A DNA stretch of 63,989 nucleotides, filler included, from Diploschistes diacapsis (taxonomy: Eukaryota): NCBI GenBank assembly GCA_023645945.1. It is 6 parts of 6 records of this genome, joined end to end, with 100 filler letters (N's around TTAATTAATTAA, not from the genome) between each part and the next. Parts side by side here need not be neighbours in the genome. Positions count along the whole stretch, not along the records: positions 36,869 to 43,872 come from JALAIB010001322.1; positions 43,973 to 50,961 come from JALAIB010001323.1; 4 more parts are not named here. The stretch is one strand, 5' to 3'. Below, one piece after another: positions 38,323-51,061 of the stretch. The position numbers were made by a program, and so were the translations under genes. The notes below the pieces were generated by a model that worked only from the letters and a program-made list of their open reading frames with translations, was not told where the DNA came from and ran no database searches. Every line of letters begins with the position of its first letter. Position 1 is the first letter of the stretch.

Positions 38323-39060
38323 GGTGGTGACTGCTGGGGTACGTATGTCCCACTATGGCGGGAAGCAACAAGGAGTGTTAGCGAAGTTAATAACAGCATT
38401 GGAGCAGAACGAGGGTGGTACAATTCGTACCTCTTACCAAAGTCTCAGTAGACTCTGGCTGTTGGGCTGCTCCTAGCTACTATGATAATGTCTCAGGTAC
38501 TCAACCAAGCTAACGGCCACAATCATTCTATACCCGAAGTTCCTTAGCACCTCCGTAGGTAGAAGAAGAAGTTTACCACTGGCACATCTTCACGAAGCCT
38601 GCCGCGGTCGCCCGTGCCTTTACATCTTCATACCATAGCCCGTGAAGCCTTCACGGACCGACTTTCATTTGAGATCCGGCCTTGATAGGGAAGGCTTGTA
38701 GTGCCGAGAAATAATGTGGAAAGGAGGCCTAGATTTGTTTTTTGTGTGAGGTTCCTCCGCTTCCCCTCCAAAGGTTTGGTCTGTGGCCGCATCGTGGCCC
38801 CCTCACCTCTCTTCCTTCTCACAAATTGTTCAGTTGTCAGACATGCAGAACAGGGACATACATTGTCGATCCGGTCTAAAGCACTGTCTCTCAAAAGGAC
38901 TGAGGATCTTACTAACACTGTGCTTACTTCACGTCACTGTCTGAAATTTTGAATCGGCCTCGAAATTGTACAATGATCAACTGATGCTGCTGATCGCTCA
39001 AAGCAGATACAATTTAAGATAAATTGAGTCTTCGAGGGGGAAAACATCTGGACCTTCGGC

Positions 39061-40269
39061 ATGCTGGGCCGCGATTGTAAGATAAAAATCGACGGAGGGA
39101 ATGATCAAGCATTCTTTCCTGGCGCCCCTATTCACGGCATTATTACCTATAAAGCCTCTGCCAATGATCGCCTACAATCTGTGAACCTTGACCTTCGGGG
39201 TGTCATCAGAGTCTCTCCCACGAGGAAGGGTTCAAGTGCAGCAGCGAACGAGGGCAAACCGCAAACGGAGCATGTTGAGCTATTCCACATCATGGAAAGG
39301 ATTCTTGCCGAGCCCATCTGGACCGAGCGCAGAACGTTGAATTGGCACTTTACTATTGTTCTGCCCCAGTTGACTGGCCCTGATCGTTCACACGGTCTGT
39401 ATGCAGATGCAGGTAATCCTCTGTTCGAGGAGATGCCGCACCCTTTGCCTCCTAGCATGGGCCCCGATCAGTCCAGCGAGGTGGAGATTGCGTACAACAT
39501 GTACGCTGTTGCAAAGCGGTCCTTCAGGGGATATGCTGAGACTGAGCAGCTTCAAGAGGCCCCTGTAGTCGACAATATCTCCTCTTTGATTTACTACCCG
39601 GACCCGCCAGCGGTCGTTGGAGATCACATCTCGACTGTGGAAAAACGGTGGGAGCTTGTCTCTGCAGTGCCTAAACCGCGGAAGTTCAGTCTGAAATCGT
39701 CAAGTACGAGTAGCACCTTGGATTCAGGAGCAGGCGGCGGACCACCAACAATTGTTGAAGTGCGTATTCCGACCGTAGTGGTTCTCGGGGAGCTTGTCAA
39801 CGTGGCTCTGGTTCGACCCTCAGACCCGGACGGTGGAGAAACCTCATCTGCATCCGTGGCTTTCAAGAGTCTGTCTGCTTCTCTCCACGCGCTCACTCAC
39901 CGGCGCACCACGAAGATAGCTTACAAGCCGGAATTGACCGAGATATGCACAAAGAAGCTAGGAACAGATACTGCGAGGGGGCTTGTTACCCTAGGCTCAA
40001 CGGTGCTGTGCAGTAGATTCTCTACAGTTGTGATTAAGGCTTGGCCCCCAACTTTCAAGAGCTACAATGTCTCTCGAATGTATGACTTGGTTATCGAGGT
40101 AGCTTTAATGCAGGGCAAGCATGAGTTCAAGACCCAATTTACTGAGGAGGTAGAGGTGGTTCGTAAACTCAATCATGCAGATTCTGCAAGGAGAGGATGT
40201 GTGGCGCCTCCTGCTCTACTTCCTTTAGGACCCCCTGGCGATGAAGCATTGCCTGCTTACTCTAGGTAA
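39061..40269 (+). CDS. Arrestin-like (alpha-arrestin N-domain) protein
   Basis: FFPGAPIHG.I, WHFTIVLP, HPLPPS, WPPTFKSYNVSRMYDL and C-terminal LPAY (PY-type) motif. Confidence 0.7.
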   Translation: MLGRDCKIKIDGGNDQAFFPGAPIHGIITYKASANDRLQSVNLDLRGVIRVSPTRKGSSAAANEGKPQTEHVELFHIMERILAEPIWTERRTLNWHFTIVLPQLTGPDRSHGLYADAGNPLFEEMPHPLPPSMGPDQSSEVEIAYNMYAVAKRSFRGYAETEQLQEAPVVDNISSLIYYPDPPAVVGDHISTVEKRWELVSAVPKPRKFSLKSSSTSSTLDSGAGGGPPTIVEVRIPTVVVLGELVNVALVRPSDPDGGETSSASVAFKSLSASLHALTHRRTTKIAYKPELTEICTKKLGTDTARGLVTLGSTVLCSRFSTVVIKAWPPTFKSYNVSRMYDLVIEVALMQGKHEFKTQFTEEVEVVRKLNHADSARRGCVAPPALLPLGPPGDEALPAYSR

Positions 40270-40783
40270 GGCCAAGAAGGGGTCTGTTTGCTGGCTAGTT
40301 TGAAGCGATTGAGGACACTTCGCTACCTTCGACGTTCTTCGCAGCACTCTTAGCTGTTCTGCACAATGCTCGATGGGGAGGTATAAGATTCCCGATTCCA
40401 CTTTCGTTACTCAACTTCTACCATGGTATCTCGAATCAAATACAACGCTGCATGCCACCGTAGGAACAGGTCTTTCATCTGCCGCATACTAGTAGCGTTC
40501 TACTAGTCCTCACCCCCAGCATTCTGCGATCCCTCCCGTTGCAAAGCAATTTTAACCCGTTGTTCGATGCGTTGCGTCCACTTCAATGCACGCGATATGG
40601 CGAGGTGGCCAGTCGTCCTCGGTTTGCCCTGTCACTGGACGCTTTGATATCTGCTACAGCGACCTCCGTGAGCGTGTGCTATTGAGCGAGTCAATCATAT
40701 GTGCACCTTCACGGTGGCTTCCACAGGCTACCCATGAGCTGAAGAGTCTGGCGGCCATACTCTTGAATCATTGGCAGAACGCT

Positions 40784-42340
40784 TCATACCACGTCGTCGT
40801 CATGCAGTCCTTTATAAGATGAGCTCGTGATGGCGGCGTTGATCAATTGCATGAAACGAGGCTTCTCGAATGAAAAGTCATCGTACTGCCAATTACCCTC
40901 GGTGCCATTAGACAAAGCGTGACTGCTAAAATAGCGATGGCCCATAAGCCGAGCGAGATTGCGGAAACCTTTGTGATTGAAGTCAGCGGGTAATATTTCC
41001 ACCATCGCTGATCCAGGTCTTAAAAACAAGGCATGTGTCAAACCTGCACCGTGCGCTCCTACCAGGACGTCTGTGTCTCGAATGATTCTGAGCTGTTCCG
41101 TAAAAGGGATTGCTGCAAAGTTGACCATCTGGATCTTGATCTGCGGGTACGTCCTCTTTACTTCCTCCACATAATCCTCCTTCTCAATCAACTGCCGTTT
41201 CTCACGACGATCAATAAAAGTAAGAACAAGCGGGCTATCGTTATTCTCGATGCTTCGATCAACTCCAAGGAAACTCATTATACGCTGCGAGAACACGTCG
41301 AGAAGGGCAGAGTGACCACAAGAATGGGTTTTCCAATCACCTTGCCACATTGGATTGCTCTCGCCAGGCAAGGGAACGATGATATATTCCGGATCCCGAA
41401 GGTCGATCTCGGTAATTTTGCTCAACCTTGTAATTGGTCGCTTTGCGAACAGTGTCCAGAGATCAAAATAAGGCCCTTCATCTCGGTCATCGACGACCAA
41501 TATGCGAGTGTTTTCGGCATCCTCAAGCGACCAAAGTGGCGATCCCGTTGCCGGATCCCTGCTCATCCTCAGAACATCCATTGTGTAGAACAATGAGGAA
41601 ATCTCCATCAGCTCGTGCCACAGGTTGGTAATCGGCTCTTCGCGTCGAATTAAGATGGTGAATTTGCGGGGGTATTTTGCAAGCTCCAACAACTGCTCGG
41701 CTGCCGCATTCATCCCCATATATTGACTCATCAGGACGCGCGGTCCCGTCTGATACCAGTAGTTCGGGAATTGACTGAGCGGAGGCGCTCGCTTTTTATC
41801 ATCAGCATCCCACTCTCTAAGGTGGCAGTCGATCTTGAATTTCCCATCCTGAGCATCAAACAGTGACGGACCACCAAGACAGAACGAGTCGGTTCTGCCA
41901 TCCTTCCCGGTCGGACTGTTAAAACAGCGAAGACTACTAGTGGAGGTCGAGTCGCAATATTCTGCCTGCGTCTTGCTTATACTTGTCAGATATGGAACTT
42001 CGAATCTGTCGTTACACCATTTTGAGCTTGAAGATAGATGGAGGTACTCCGACGGCAAAGGGAGCGAAGACTGGCTTGGGATTGGAGGACGATCCAAGAT
42101 TGCAGCTGGTGGAGCGGTCTCCACCGTCACCGGCTCTCCTTCCAAACCATGTACCCCCTTTCCCTCGCTCCCCAAAGGACCACCGCTGCCAATTGCGGAA
42201 TCGAGCGATTGTGCAATTATATGACTCGGCCTAGATTCGTATGATGACCTTTGGGAGATGAAAAGTGCACAGCAAACAACGAAGAAGATGAGTATTGCAC
42301 CTGTTATTGGGAAACGTCTACGAGAGCCGGAGGCAATCAT
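40784..42340 (-). CDS. Glycosyltransferase family 61 (EOGT/DUF563-like), type II membrane protein
   Basis: N-terminal TM anchor; NLWHELME; LTFIDRR; EQL.IIRDTDVLVGAHGAGLTHALFL...MVEI; alternative ATG at 42355. Confidence 0.88.
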   Translation of the reverse strand: MIASGSRRRFPITGAILIFFVVCCALFISQRSSYESRPSHIIAQSLDSAIGSGGPLGSEGKGVHGLEGEPVTVETAPPAAILDRPPIPSQSSLPLPSEYLHLSSSSKWCNDRFEVPYLTSISKTQAEYCDSTSTSSLRCFNSPTGKDGRTDSFCLGGPSLFDAQDGKFKIDCHLREWDADDKKRAPPLSQFPNYWYQTGPRVLMSQYMGMNAAAEQLLELAKYPRKFTILIRREEPITNLWHELMEISSLFYTMDVLRMSRDPATGSPLWSLEDAENTRILVVDDRDEGPYFDLWTLFAKRPITRLSKITEIDLRDPEYIIVPLPGESNPMWQGDWKTHSCGHSALLDVFSQRIMSFLGVDRSIENNDSPLVLTFIDRREKRQLIEKEDYVEEVKRTYPQIKIQMVNFAAIPFTEQLRIIRDTDVLVGAHGAGLTHALFLRPGSAMVEILPADFNHKGFRNLARLMGHRYFSSHALSNGTEGNWQYDDFSFEKPRFMQLINAAITSSSYKGLHDDDVV

Positions 42341-43471
42341 TTCAACACAGTGCATAGGAGGGAGTTGAGGTTACAGCATGTTACGAGTTGAAGAGAAGAT
42401 TGCTAGATACCTGCAAGAAGAGACAGCAGGGTGCGGGCTATGGTCATGCTCATCCAAAAGGGCTCTGCTACGTGCTGAGTCCCAAAGAGGGTCAAGGTGC
42501 CCTCAGCTGAGCAGCCTGGGATCCGAGACCTTTCAGCAGCATAGAAATCTTGTCAGCGCTAGAAGACCCGGGGAGTTGAATCCTCCTTGTGCTTTTCACA
42601 AAGAATCAGTTTGAGGAATGGGAAGTCAGCAATCGTAGGGCGGCTGAGCTTCTCAAAAGCCAAGACCATCTGAAGCCTTTTGTCACAGCCCCAAATTCGG
42701 TCTTGGCTACCACGGTGTGTCCGATAGAATGCAATCCGCTATCCAACACCAGTCCAAAACAGACAAGTTAAGTATAGTATTCGAATTCAGCGAGCTGCGT
42801 TTCATTGGGCCTTTAGCCCCCAGAACCAACTTTAAACAATGCCCAGATAAAAAGTAATTGCATCTTCAAACAAGTTATAAGAATGCAGAGAGACCTAAGT
42901 GCTGCGCTCCAGTTACCAGTATCACTAATTGGAATTTCCCTAACAAGCAAGTACCAAGCTATGTGAAGTCAACTATACAGAGAAAACTGTTGGGCATGAG
43001 AGGCCGAAAGACGCAACCAGGTGCTCGTTCAGCAGCCTGTTTACACAGCAAATTCGCATTGAAGTTACATTGTGTCGTTTTTGGACACAATTTCTCACGA
43101 TCATAGACCCGTGCACACGGCTAAGCCTTGTAAACACTGCTTTGAAACTTCCACTCACTTTACCGTTAGCCACTGCCTCCTATTTTATGTTTGAGGGCTG
43201 AAGCTCTGCGCTTTGGTGATGAGTCTGAATGTCGATAACGCATTGACCGACGGAACACCCACCCTACATAGGCAGGATGCGAGTCCATCGTTTGATGCGA
43301 AAGTTGAGAGATGTTGAGCTTCAGGATTTTGCCCCATATTCGCAACCTGGACTCTTTGTCGCCTTGAAGACGCCAAAAAGAGGGGGGGACCGTTAATTCC
43401 ACCGACTCCAAGTAGTGTTCAATATGCAGTGCTCCTGGCTCAATCTAAACCGTTTGCTTCACGTCGATTGA

Positions 43472-43872
43472 TGTTCACCTTCTCCGCATTCACTACATTC
43501 AACTACCCCCGCGCCCAATCCCGCGACCAGTTCCGGCTCCACATCCTCCAGCAAAGGCCTCTTCGGCGGCGCCGTAGCCGGAATCGCCGTCGGTGTAGCG
43601 GCAGGTCTCCTACTCCCCGGCGCTACCATGTGCCCAGTCGCATGCAGAAGACACAGCAGGCGGGGACAGCGACCAGGAGCCGCTTGTGATGAAGGGACGG
43701 AGAGGGTGGTGGGAAGGGCGAGAAAGAGGGCCTTTGCGGAATATGCTGGTGTCCATGGGCACGTCGAGAGCAGCCGGCCGGCTACCCGGACGAGGTGGTG
43801 GAAGAAGCCGCTGGTGGTGGAATTGGGTGCGGAAGCGAAGGAACTTCCGGAAAGATCGGGGTGGGGGGGAAG
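43472..43872 (+). pseudogene. Fragment of a single-pass Ser/Thr-stalk membrane protein (Mid2/Skg6-like); pseudogene or internal exon
   Basis: Open frame reads STTPAPNPATSSGSTSSSKGLFGGAVAGIAVGVAAGLLL...RRHSRR...VELGAEAKELP; in-frame stop just upstream and no ATG before the TM. Confidence 0.4.
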
Positions 43873-43972
43873 NNNNNNNNNNNNNNNNNNNNNNNNNNNN
43901 NNNNNNNNNNNNNNNNTTAATTAATTAANNNNNNNNNNNNNNNNNNNNNNNNNNNNNNNNNNNNNNNNNNNN
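43873..43972. other. Artificial contig spacer
   Basis: N44-TTAATTAATTAA-N44. Confidence 0.98.
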
Positions 43973-44344
43973 GGTTGGGGGGTAGGGTAGAGGAGATAGA
44001 AATGAGGGGAGAGAGGGACGAGCAGGCGAAAAGGCAGACAGGGACGAGAGAAAAAGTGCAAAGGGGCCTGTTGACCTGGTGGACAGGGTGCAAAGATCTG
44101 CCAAGGGCCGCCACAACAGCCGTGAGCCAAAAGAGAGAAAAAAAAAGGGGGGCGCTGTTGAAGCACCACCGCAGAACAATCTTCCGGGCAGAAAGCCACA
44201 AACCCACCACTCCAATAGGGAGATACTGGTGGGAAAAGCACTGCAATACAGCCTAACTTGTATCGACGCACACAGCAACGAGATCGTACGAAAATCCTCT
44301 TTGGGAATTTTCCCTCTCTCCCAGAAAGATTCAAGAATACTCAC

Positions 44345-44513
44345 TATACCCAATAACATTCCCCTCCAGATCCTCCGCGACGGTAAATAGCTCCGGCCAG
44401 ACGGCCAGGTACTGGTTGTAGAAGCCGAGGTCGTAGTTTTCCGTCAGCGGGTCGAGGTTCGGGAGCGAGGTACGCAGGAGGTCAAGGGCGCGGAATTGGC
44501 GGAGGGATGTCAT
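44345..44513 (-). CDS. NAT3: NatB catalytic subunit (Nat3/NAA20), exon 1 only
   Basis: MTSLRQFRALDLL...NLDPLTENYDLGFYNQYLAVWPELF...IGY, then GTGAGT donor; the rest lies beyond the contig end. Confidence 0.88.
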
Positions 44514-44970
44514 TTTCTGCTTTTGCTTTTGCTTTTGCTTTTGCTGGGAGGGGTGTGTAGGCCGAGATTGTAGATGGGTGTATGAAGGAGGGACGGTGAG
44601 TGGGTGGAGAAGTAAGAGCGGGGGAGCGAGGTAGTTTCCGAGGAGGGGAGATGAACGCCAAAGAGGCGGACGGTTATTTTAAGCAGTGCTTTCACGGTTC
44701 AGAAGACGTTCAGGGATCTGATTGGGGAACTGTTGTATAGAGCTTGAATAGTTCTTTACTTTAAGAGCATAAGGACGACAGCCTTTATTTTATTTCTGTC
44801 CTCGCATACTCTCGCGATCCGTAATGCAATACTGACCTCCGCTATGATAGGATAGATGCTCGAGCCCTTGACCAGTACAAACGAGACAATACTTTTTACT
44901 GTAGTCTAGAACCATGTAGTTATCCCGACACATCCTAAAGATACAACCCAGGGCTATCGCTCCTTGGACT

Positions 44971-47246
44971 CTATAGAGCCTTGTGTATCGCCCTTCTCCT
45001 GCCAGGCTTCTTCTCCTTCTCGTGCTCCTTTTCGCGCGCCTCCCTCGCCTCCCCCGCCTGCTCCTCTTCTCCGAGGTCGCTGATCGTGTCCACTATAGCG
45101 TCCAACTCAGGGCTATCGATTTCAGCCTCATCGTAATCCACCACATCTTCACTCGCCGAATCTATATCCTGCCCCAAAGTCCCCGTCATGGCGTCGTTCA
45201 CATTTTCCAGCCCCAGTCTGCGTTGCGTCTCTCGCACCACGTCATTACGCCTCAGTACAAGCGCGATGACAAACGCGATGATCGCCACCAAAGCGTACAG
45301 CGCGCAGGCAGTGGCCAGAAACCATACCGGCGCTACGGGAACACTCGTTACCGTCTGATCCCAGCGCTCGCGTTGCACAATGTTTGGAGTGTAGTTGTAT
45401 GCTCCAGCGGACAGAGCGATGGCTACCTGACTGAATGAACGAGCCATGGTACCGTTGATGGGATTCGAGTCGCTTCCCCCCAAGACAGACGTAATGGCGT
45501 CCTGGTAGAGGTTGTATCGCCCGTAACCGGCTTGAAGGGGGGCTCGAACGATCGAGGCGAGGCGGGCAGAAGCTAGTTCGGTTTCGAAGGTCTGAATGGA
45601 GCCGTTGACGAGGGAGTAGTTGACGTTGTATACACTTGCACTGCAGCTCAAGGCGAATGCTACGGTGCCATTGCCCGTCTGAATTAAAGGCTCGGGAAGA
45701 TCATTTCCAGCATTCGATCCATCAATTCCGAGGAAGTCAGAAACACTATCGACTTGCACGGTAACATTGAACAGGAAGGGGTTTTGATCATCAGAGAGAT
45801 TGAGCGCCTTTGGATAGCCTCCAGCGTTGGGCTTATAGAAAGCTGTGTTCCAGTTCGGAATCTTGAAATGCCCGTTGGTTGACTCTTGCGACATGTTGCC
45901 GGAGAAGATTGGGGAGCAGTCATAAAGCGTGGAATCTTTAGTCAGCTTGCACAAGGTATCGGCAGAGGTGCATGTTGTTTGCATCGAGTGTGTCGGCGCA
46001 ACATAGTCGTACCCATGATTTGATGTACTTTCATCCGAATACTGATAGGCTGCGTCAAGATAGAAAAGGAAAGAATGGTTCGAGTTAGTGCTTGCATCAA
46101 GGTACGTAACCACCTGATCAGCTGAAGCAAAACCCGCCGCCTGAGAACGGATCGTGTCTTTAAAGTTTGTGTCAGTGAAATTGTCGGAAACACTGCTGAT
46201 TCCTGTCTGGAGTACTAGGTAGGCATAGGAAGGATATGCCATATTGAAGTAAGTCGAGTTCTCAAGGGAGCAGGGGAGGTCAGAGGTCCCGTTCAGGAAG
46301 GCTTCGCAGTCCTGTGTGGGAGCATAGCCCGCAGCGTAGGGGAATAACGGATTGTCGGGGTCGGTGCTATCGGCTGAAGCGTTAAAGACCGGATAGTCTG
46401 GATCAGCGTAATATCGGTAGGTTGCCTGTTGAACAGCGAAGTGAAGCCAGGTATCTGTAGACCACATTAATCTTGTTTCACCGCCATCGTAAGGCCCTTA
46501 CCTCCAGCTATTATGAGCACGCTGCTAGCTATGAGAGACGATTAAACTATAAAAGACTGACACTTGACTTACGAGAAAAGGAGGGTGAAGCCCACACCCA
46601 CGATAGCCACGCAGATTCCTCCGCTAACCGTGGATCTGTGACTCCCCCAAAGGAAGGAATTTTTCATCCAGTTCCACACCTTCTTATAGGTACGAGAATG
46701 TAGTAGCTCGCGAACTCGGTGCTCTTGGTCCATGTTATGCCTATCATCTGCTACTCTAAACGCGCCATCGCTCCCTGCCTTGGGTATCAGCGATCGAGCG
46801 ATCAGAAACGAAAACAAGATGAGGAATGGGGAAGATATATTTCCCACAAGGGTCGAAGCCCAAGAAGAAACCAAAGCGAATTTTGCGGGGGAAACTCCAG
46901 TATAATAGTGGCCGGTCGGTGGTGCCGCGTTGTAGACCGGTAGGCGCGAAGTTCCGTTGCTCTTGAAGTGAACAGGTTCCCATGTTACAAGACCGAGAAG
47001 AACGAATGGAATAGTAAGCATGGAAAGGAAGACCAAGTTGAACATGAGGCAAAGGCCCCAGATAGACACAGGGGCTGACAGAGTTTTGGGGGCATTGGAT
47101 TGCTTTTTTACGTTCGGGCGACCCTTTCGTGAAGCCTTAGACGCGTGCACTGGGTGGACGGGAACTTTGGAAACCCTCTGATCACTCCCTGCTGTCTTAG
47201 GAAGCAACTTGCTCTGGACGTTACTCGAAGAGCGATGCTCGTCCAT
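44971..47246 (-). CDS. Hypothetical fungal membrane glycoprotein (several N-terminal TMs, large N-glycosylated domain, C-terminal TM)
   Basis: Three exons joined through GT-AG introns give ...FTLLFS-VLIIAG-DTWLHF...; many NxS/T sites; TM near the C-terminus. Confidence 0.75.
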
Positions 47247-48654
47247 TGTCAGATCTGGTATAAAATAACTTGAAGGGGCACGTGGCAACGAGTGGTGTAG
47301 GGCCGAAGAGCCGGCAAGAATAGTCGATAATAGACTGCAATAACACGACAGCGCTGGAAGGAGAGAAGCAATGTTGAAACAGCCAGATACTAGAGGAGGG
47401 ATAAAGGATAAATAAGTATGAGAGTGGGAGGCAGGTGGACCACCAGGCTGACAACTGCATATTTCTCCCACTATATAACTCGACAAGATCTATCAAACAG
47501 GTCGGCAAGGCTCTCGCACCCCTTTAGAAACACACTCGAGCGCCCGAACTGGGCGTCGAAATTTATCAGCTTGCCTTGACTGACAAGGCTTCCAATGAGA
47601 ATGAAAAGGACCTTGATATCTTCTTTCCGCCATCGAGTGGCGGGTGGCAAGGTATTGTGGGAAATAGTTAGCAAAGCCGTGCCAATTAATTTCCATCTTG
47701 GTGGAAATCTTTGCCTTCTAATAATGCCTAGGACATTAGTAGCTTAGAAGCACACCCGAGCAGCGTCCATATCCGATTGGGCGACGAAAATTGTGATCTT
47801 CCCTTGACTGACTACATAAATAGCACAGTAGTAGAGGGGTTTTGCCTTCTTTCCCTTCTAAAAAAGTGTTGGTCGGTACTCACAAGGCTCGCATGCACCT
47901 TGGCCGGTAAAAGCCAAGTGCAGCGACGAAGGTAGCTGGGGGTTCCACACTGCTTCTCGAGGAGGTGTAACAATCCTTGATTCCGATAAAGAGACGTCTA
48001 TAGCCAAGAGGGTGGCTCCAGGCGTTACCGTAGAAAAGCATTTAACTGTATCAACTTTTGGAAGGACTGAGAACAAATTCGAGGATGTGAGTGAGAGACT
48101 ATGTCGTTAGTGAGACCGCAGGACAGGACAAAAGACAACACAGTTCACTCCATAGGAAGCGTCGTTGAACGAAATAGAAGGCGACAGTGAGTATGGTTAA
48201 AATGCCAGACTGCAGTGCGAATGGGTCCCAACTTATTGAAAGAGGATGGAGGTTGTATATGTTGTAGATATATGGACTAAAATCCAGAAGAAATCCCAAA
48301 TCACGTGGCTGCGCCTGAACCGCTGGTGGAAACGCACGTCATATGGGAGCAACTCAATTTTGACCGTTAGGGAACTCAACGCAGCAGGCCTACAATGCTG
48401 TAGATGATGACTTCCTATCCATTGTTCAAGTGATGCCCATGACACTCGGCTACAGAAGGTACAAAGACAGACGCAAAGCCCATTCATCTCCATTGTCGCC
48501 TGGCTTTCCGATTGCTTACATGTCGCTCTTACCATAAGTACTTGAAGTCACCAAGGTTCTCTCCTCAGTTCGGCCGAGAAAGCACGTCTAGATTGCAATT
48601 TCCATATCAGAAGCAAATAGTTGACTCCTCGACTGTTTTCGGAAATCTGCGAAC

Positions 48655-49861
48655 ATGCCATGTTCTCCAAATACTCCAACCCGCCGACGGCGATCCTCAG
48701 GTTACAGTATCCCTCTAAGCGCATCTTCATCCTTCATGATGAATGCCTCCGGAAGACCTTCGCATAGCCGCAAGTCCTCTGTGCAGTCATTGAACTCACC
48801 GACCACGCCCTTTACCTCATCGCTTCTCGATCGAAGTGAGGAATTCTCGCACGAGGTCAATGCCAGTATAGACGCAAACGGCCTAGGGAGTCTTGCAGAT
48901 GAACTCGCAGAAGAAGAGTGGGATGAATACGGAGAACTGGGGGAAGACGAGAATGAGCTTTCAAGCTATACCAATGGGGCTGGGAGGAATAGCAATGGAC
49001 TGAATGGGTACGCAGGCAACATGCAAGATACACCTCTCAGCTCACCACGAAGCCCGAGCACGAAAAGGAGAAGAACCCGAAGAAGATCGACGAGGAGCAA
49101 TGTTTCCGGCATGAGCAATGAGTCCGACATAGATGAATCTGAGGTGATGGGTGCGGAACTAGAACGACAGATCGCCGAGATTGAGTGTTTTTCAAAGCAA
49201 GATTTCTCTCCCAACGCCGACGCTTCTCCAGATGTGTTCCGACGAGTCGAGGAAGAGCTTAAGGATCTCGGGTCTCAAGCAAGCCTCGAGAGCCATACCA
49301 CCCGGTAAGTAATGCTTTCCCGACTCCTGCAGGATTCTTGCTGATGATGAACCTAGACTCACAAATTCCCTTACATCCCTGACGTCCCACATCACTAGCC
49401 AAACCCGCCAAATTACAACGCTAACCCAACCATATACCACACCTCTTTCTCTTTCACCATCACCAGAATTCATCGACGACCTCCTAACTCTCCTCACAGA
49501 GCTTGTCTCCTCCCTCCCACGACCGCCCTCTACACCACTACCCTCTATCAACGCTCTTCGCTCCACCACCACCGAACTGATGATCTCTTTATCCGTTCTC
49601 AATGACTCAATGCAAATGGACCGTCAGACGGCAACGCTGGCCTCGCGGCGCCTGAGGAGTTCGAAGGAGGTGGTTTCTACATTACAGAAAGAAATGAACG
49701 CCGCGGACGAGGGCCGGAGATGGTTGGCCGCAGGAGGCTGGGAGCACAAGTTGAAAGAAAGGCAAGCGGCGCAGATATGTGGGGAAGTAGTTGGCGGGTT
49801 CGAGGAGGTATGCGAATCGTGGCGTAAGAGGCTGGTCGAAGCGGCTGCGGCGGCGGCTTAG
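48655..49861 (+). CDS. Hypothetical fungal protein
   Basis: Two exons (intron 49305-49356) give one frame; GLGSLADELA and helical C-terminus ICGEVVGGFEEVCESWRKRL. Confidence 0.75.
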
Positions 49862-50961
49862 TAAGTAGTTATGAGCTTACCGCATATGTTATTTCCCCCA
49901 ATAGCGCGGAGCAGGGGAAGGAGTATTGATACCCATCTGTTTTCAGCATCAAGAGCACAGGAATGCAATATAACGGTTTGGCTTGTTCAGAGCGCTTTTC
50001 GCTTTCTCCTTTGTTTGTGCTTTGTGAGTATTAGTAACAAGCAGCATGGTGGTATGGGTACATGCAAAGCGTTTTGGGAGCGGTCGGTTTAACCTGTTTA
50101 TGGATCCTACTGAATAGAAGAAAGTACATAACGCAACAGATGGACAGCAGATCCCTATCTCCATGAAGATGTCCAACAATTTTCCGATTAATTTCGTGAA
50201 ATTGGTCAAACGAAGGGTCTGCTCTGGCAGCTCACAACTATATTGATCCATAGAATAGTATTGGGGGGGGGCAAGAGAGCTGGATATTACCCTTTCGGGA
50301 AATATCTATTCTTGGGAATCTCTCCACGCTCTTCAGCTCTTCAATCCCGGGGCACCTTAATTCTAAATGATATTGAATTTCCTATTTCACGACTTTCTGC
50401 CACTGCTCCCATTCCCTCATGCCTCTGCTCCCTCTCCCAATCTCCACCATCCTCCCCTTCACCTCCACCCTAACCCTCCTCCAAAAGCCCCCTCCCGACT
50501 CCCGAATCCCAACTCCCTCAACGCCTTCCTCCCTCCAAGACTATCATTCCTCACATCAATCCTCTAAAGCTTGTAACGCCACCTTCAACCCCATAGCGGA
50601 GTCGTAGCAACCCACACCCCTCCCGGCGCATCACTACTCGCACCGTGCGCTATCCCTGCCGGAGATGATACCGTTTCCCCCCCGAAACCCAGCGTTGGGA
50701 TTCCAGCTGTCACAGCGTTTTCAATAGCAGCGCCTGCTCAGAGGTATATGGATAATGCACGGGAAATGCGCATCGACGTGCTAGTTTCTTAGGTCCTTAC
50801 TCTCGGGTTTGATCCCGAGGCACAGGGCGGTCCGGAGCCGTGGGATTTGCGGGATTTTACGGGCGTGCCAAGGGTGAGGATGAGAGCGTTGGAGTAGGTG
50901 TGGCTATATGCGCGGATGGCGTGGAGCGTTGGCGGAGGAGATAGGTGATGGGAGGGTGGGG

Positions 50962-51061
50962 NNNNNNNNNNNNNNNNNNNNNNNNNNNNNNNNNNNNNNN
51001 NNNNNTTAATTAATTAANNNNNNNNNNNNNNNNNNNNNNNNNNNNNNNNNNNNNNNNNNNN
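50962..51061. other. Artificial contig spacer
   Basis: N44-TTAATTAATTAA-N44. Confidence 0.98.

Noticed and set aside
50367..50961. Possible minus-strand gene remnant at the contig end
   Set aside because: Multiple stops in all frames and no recognisable product
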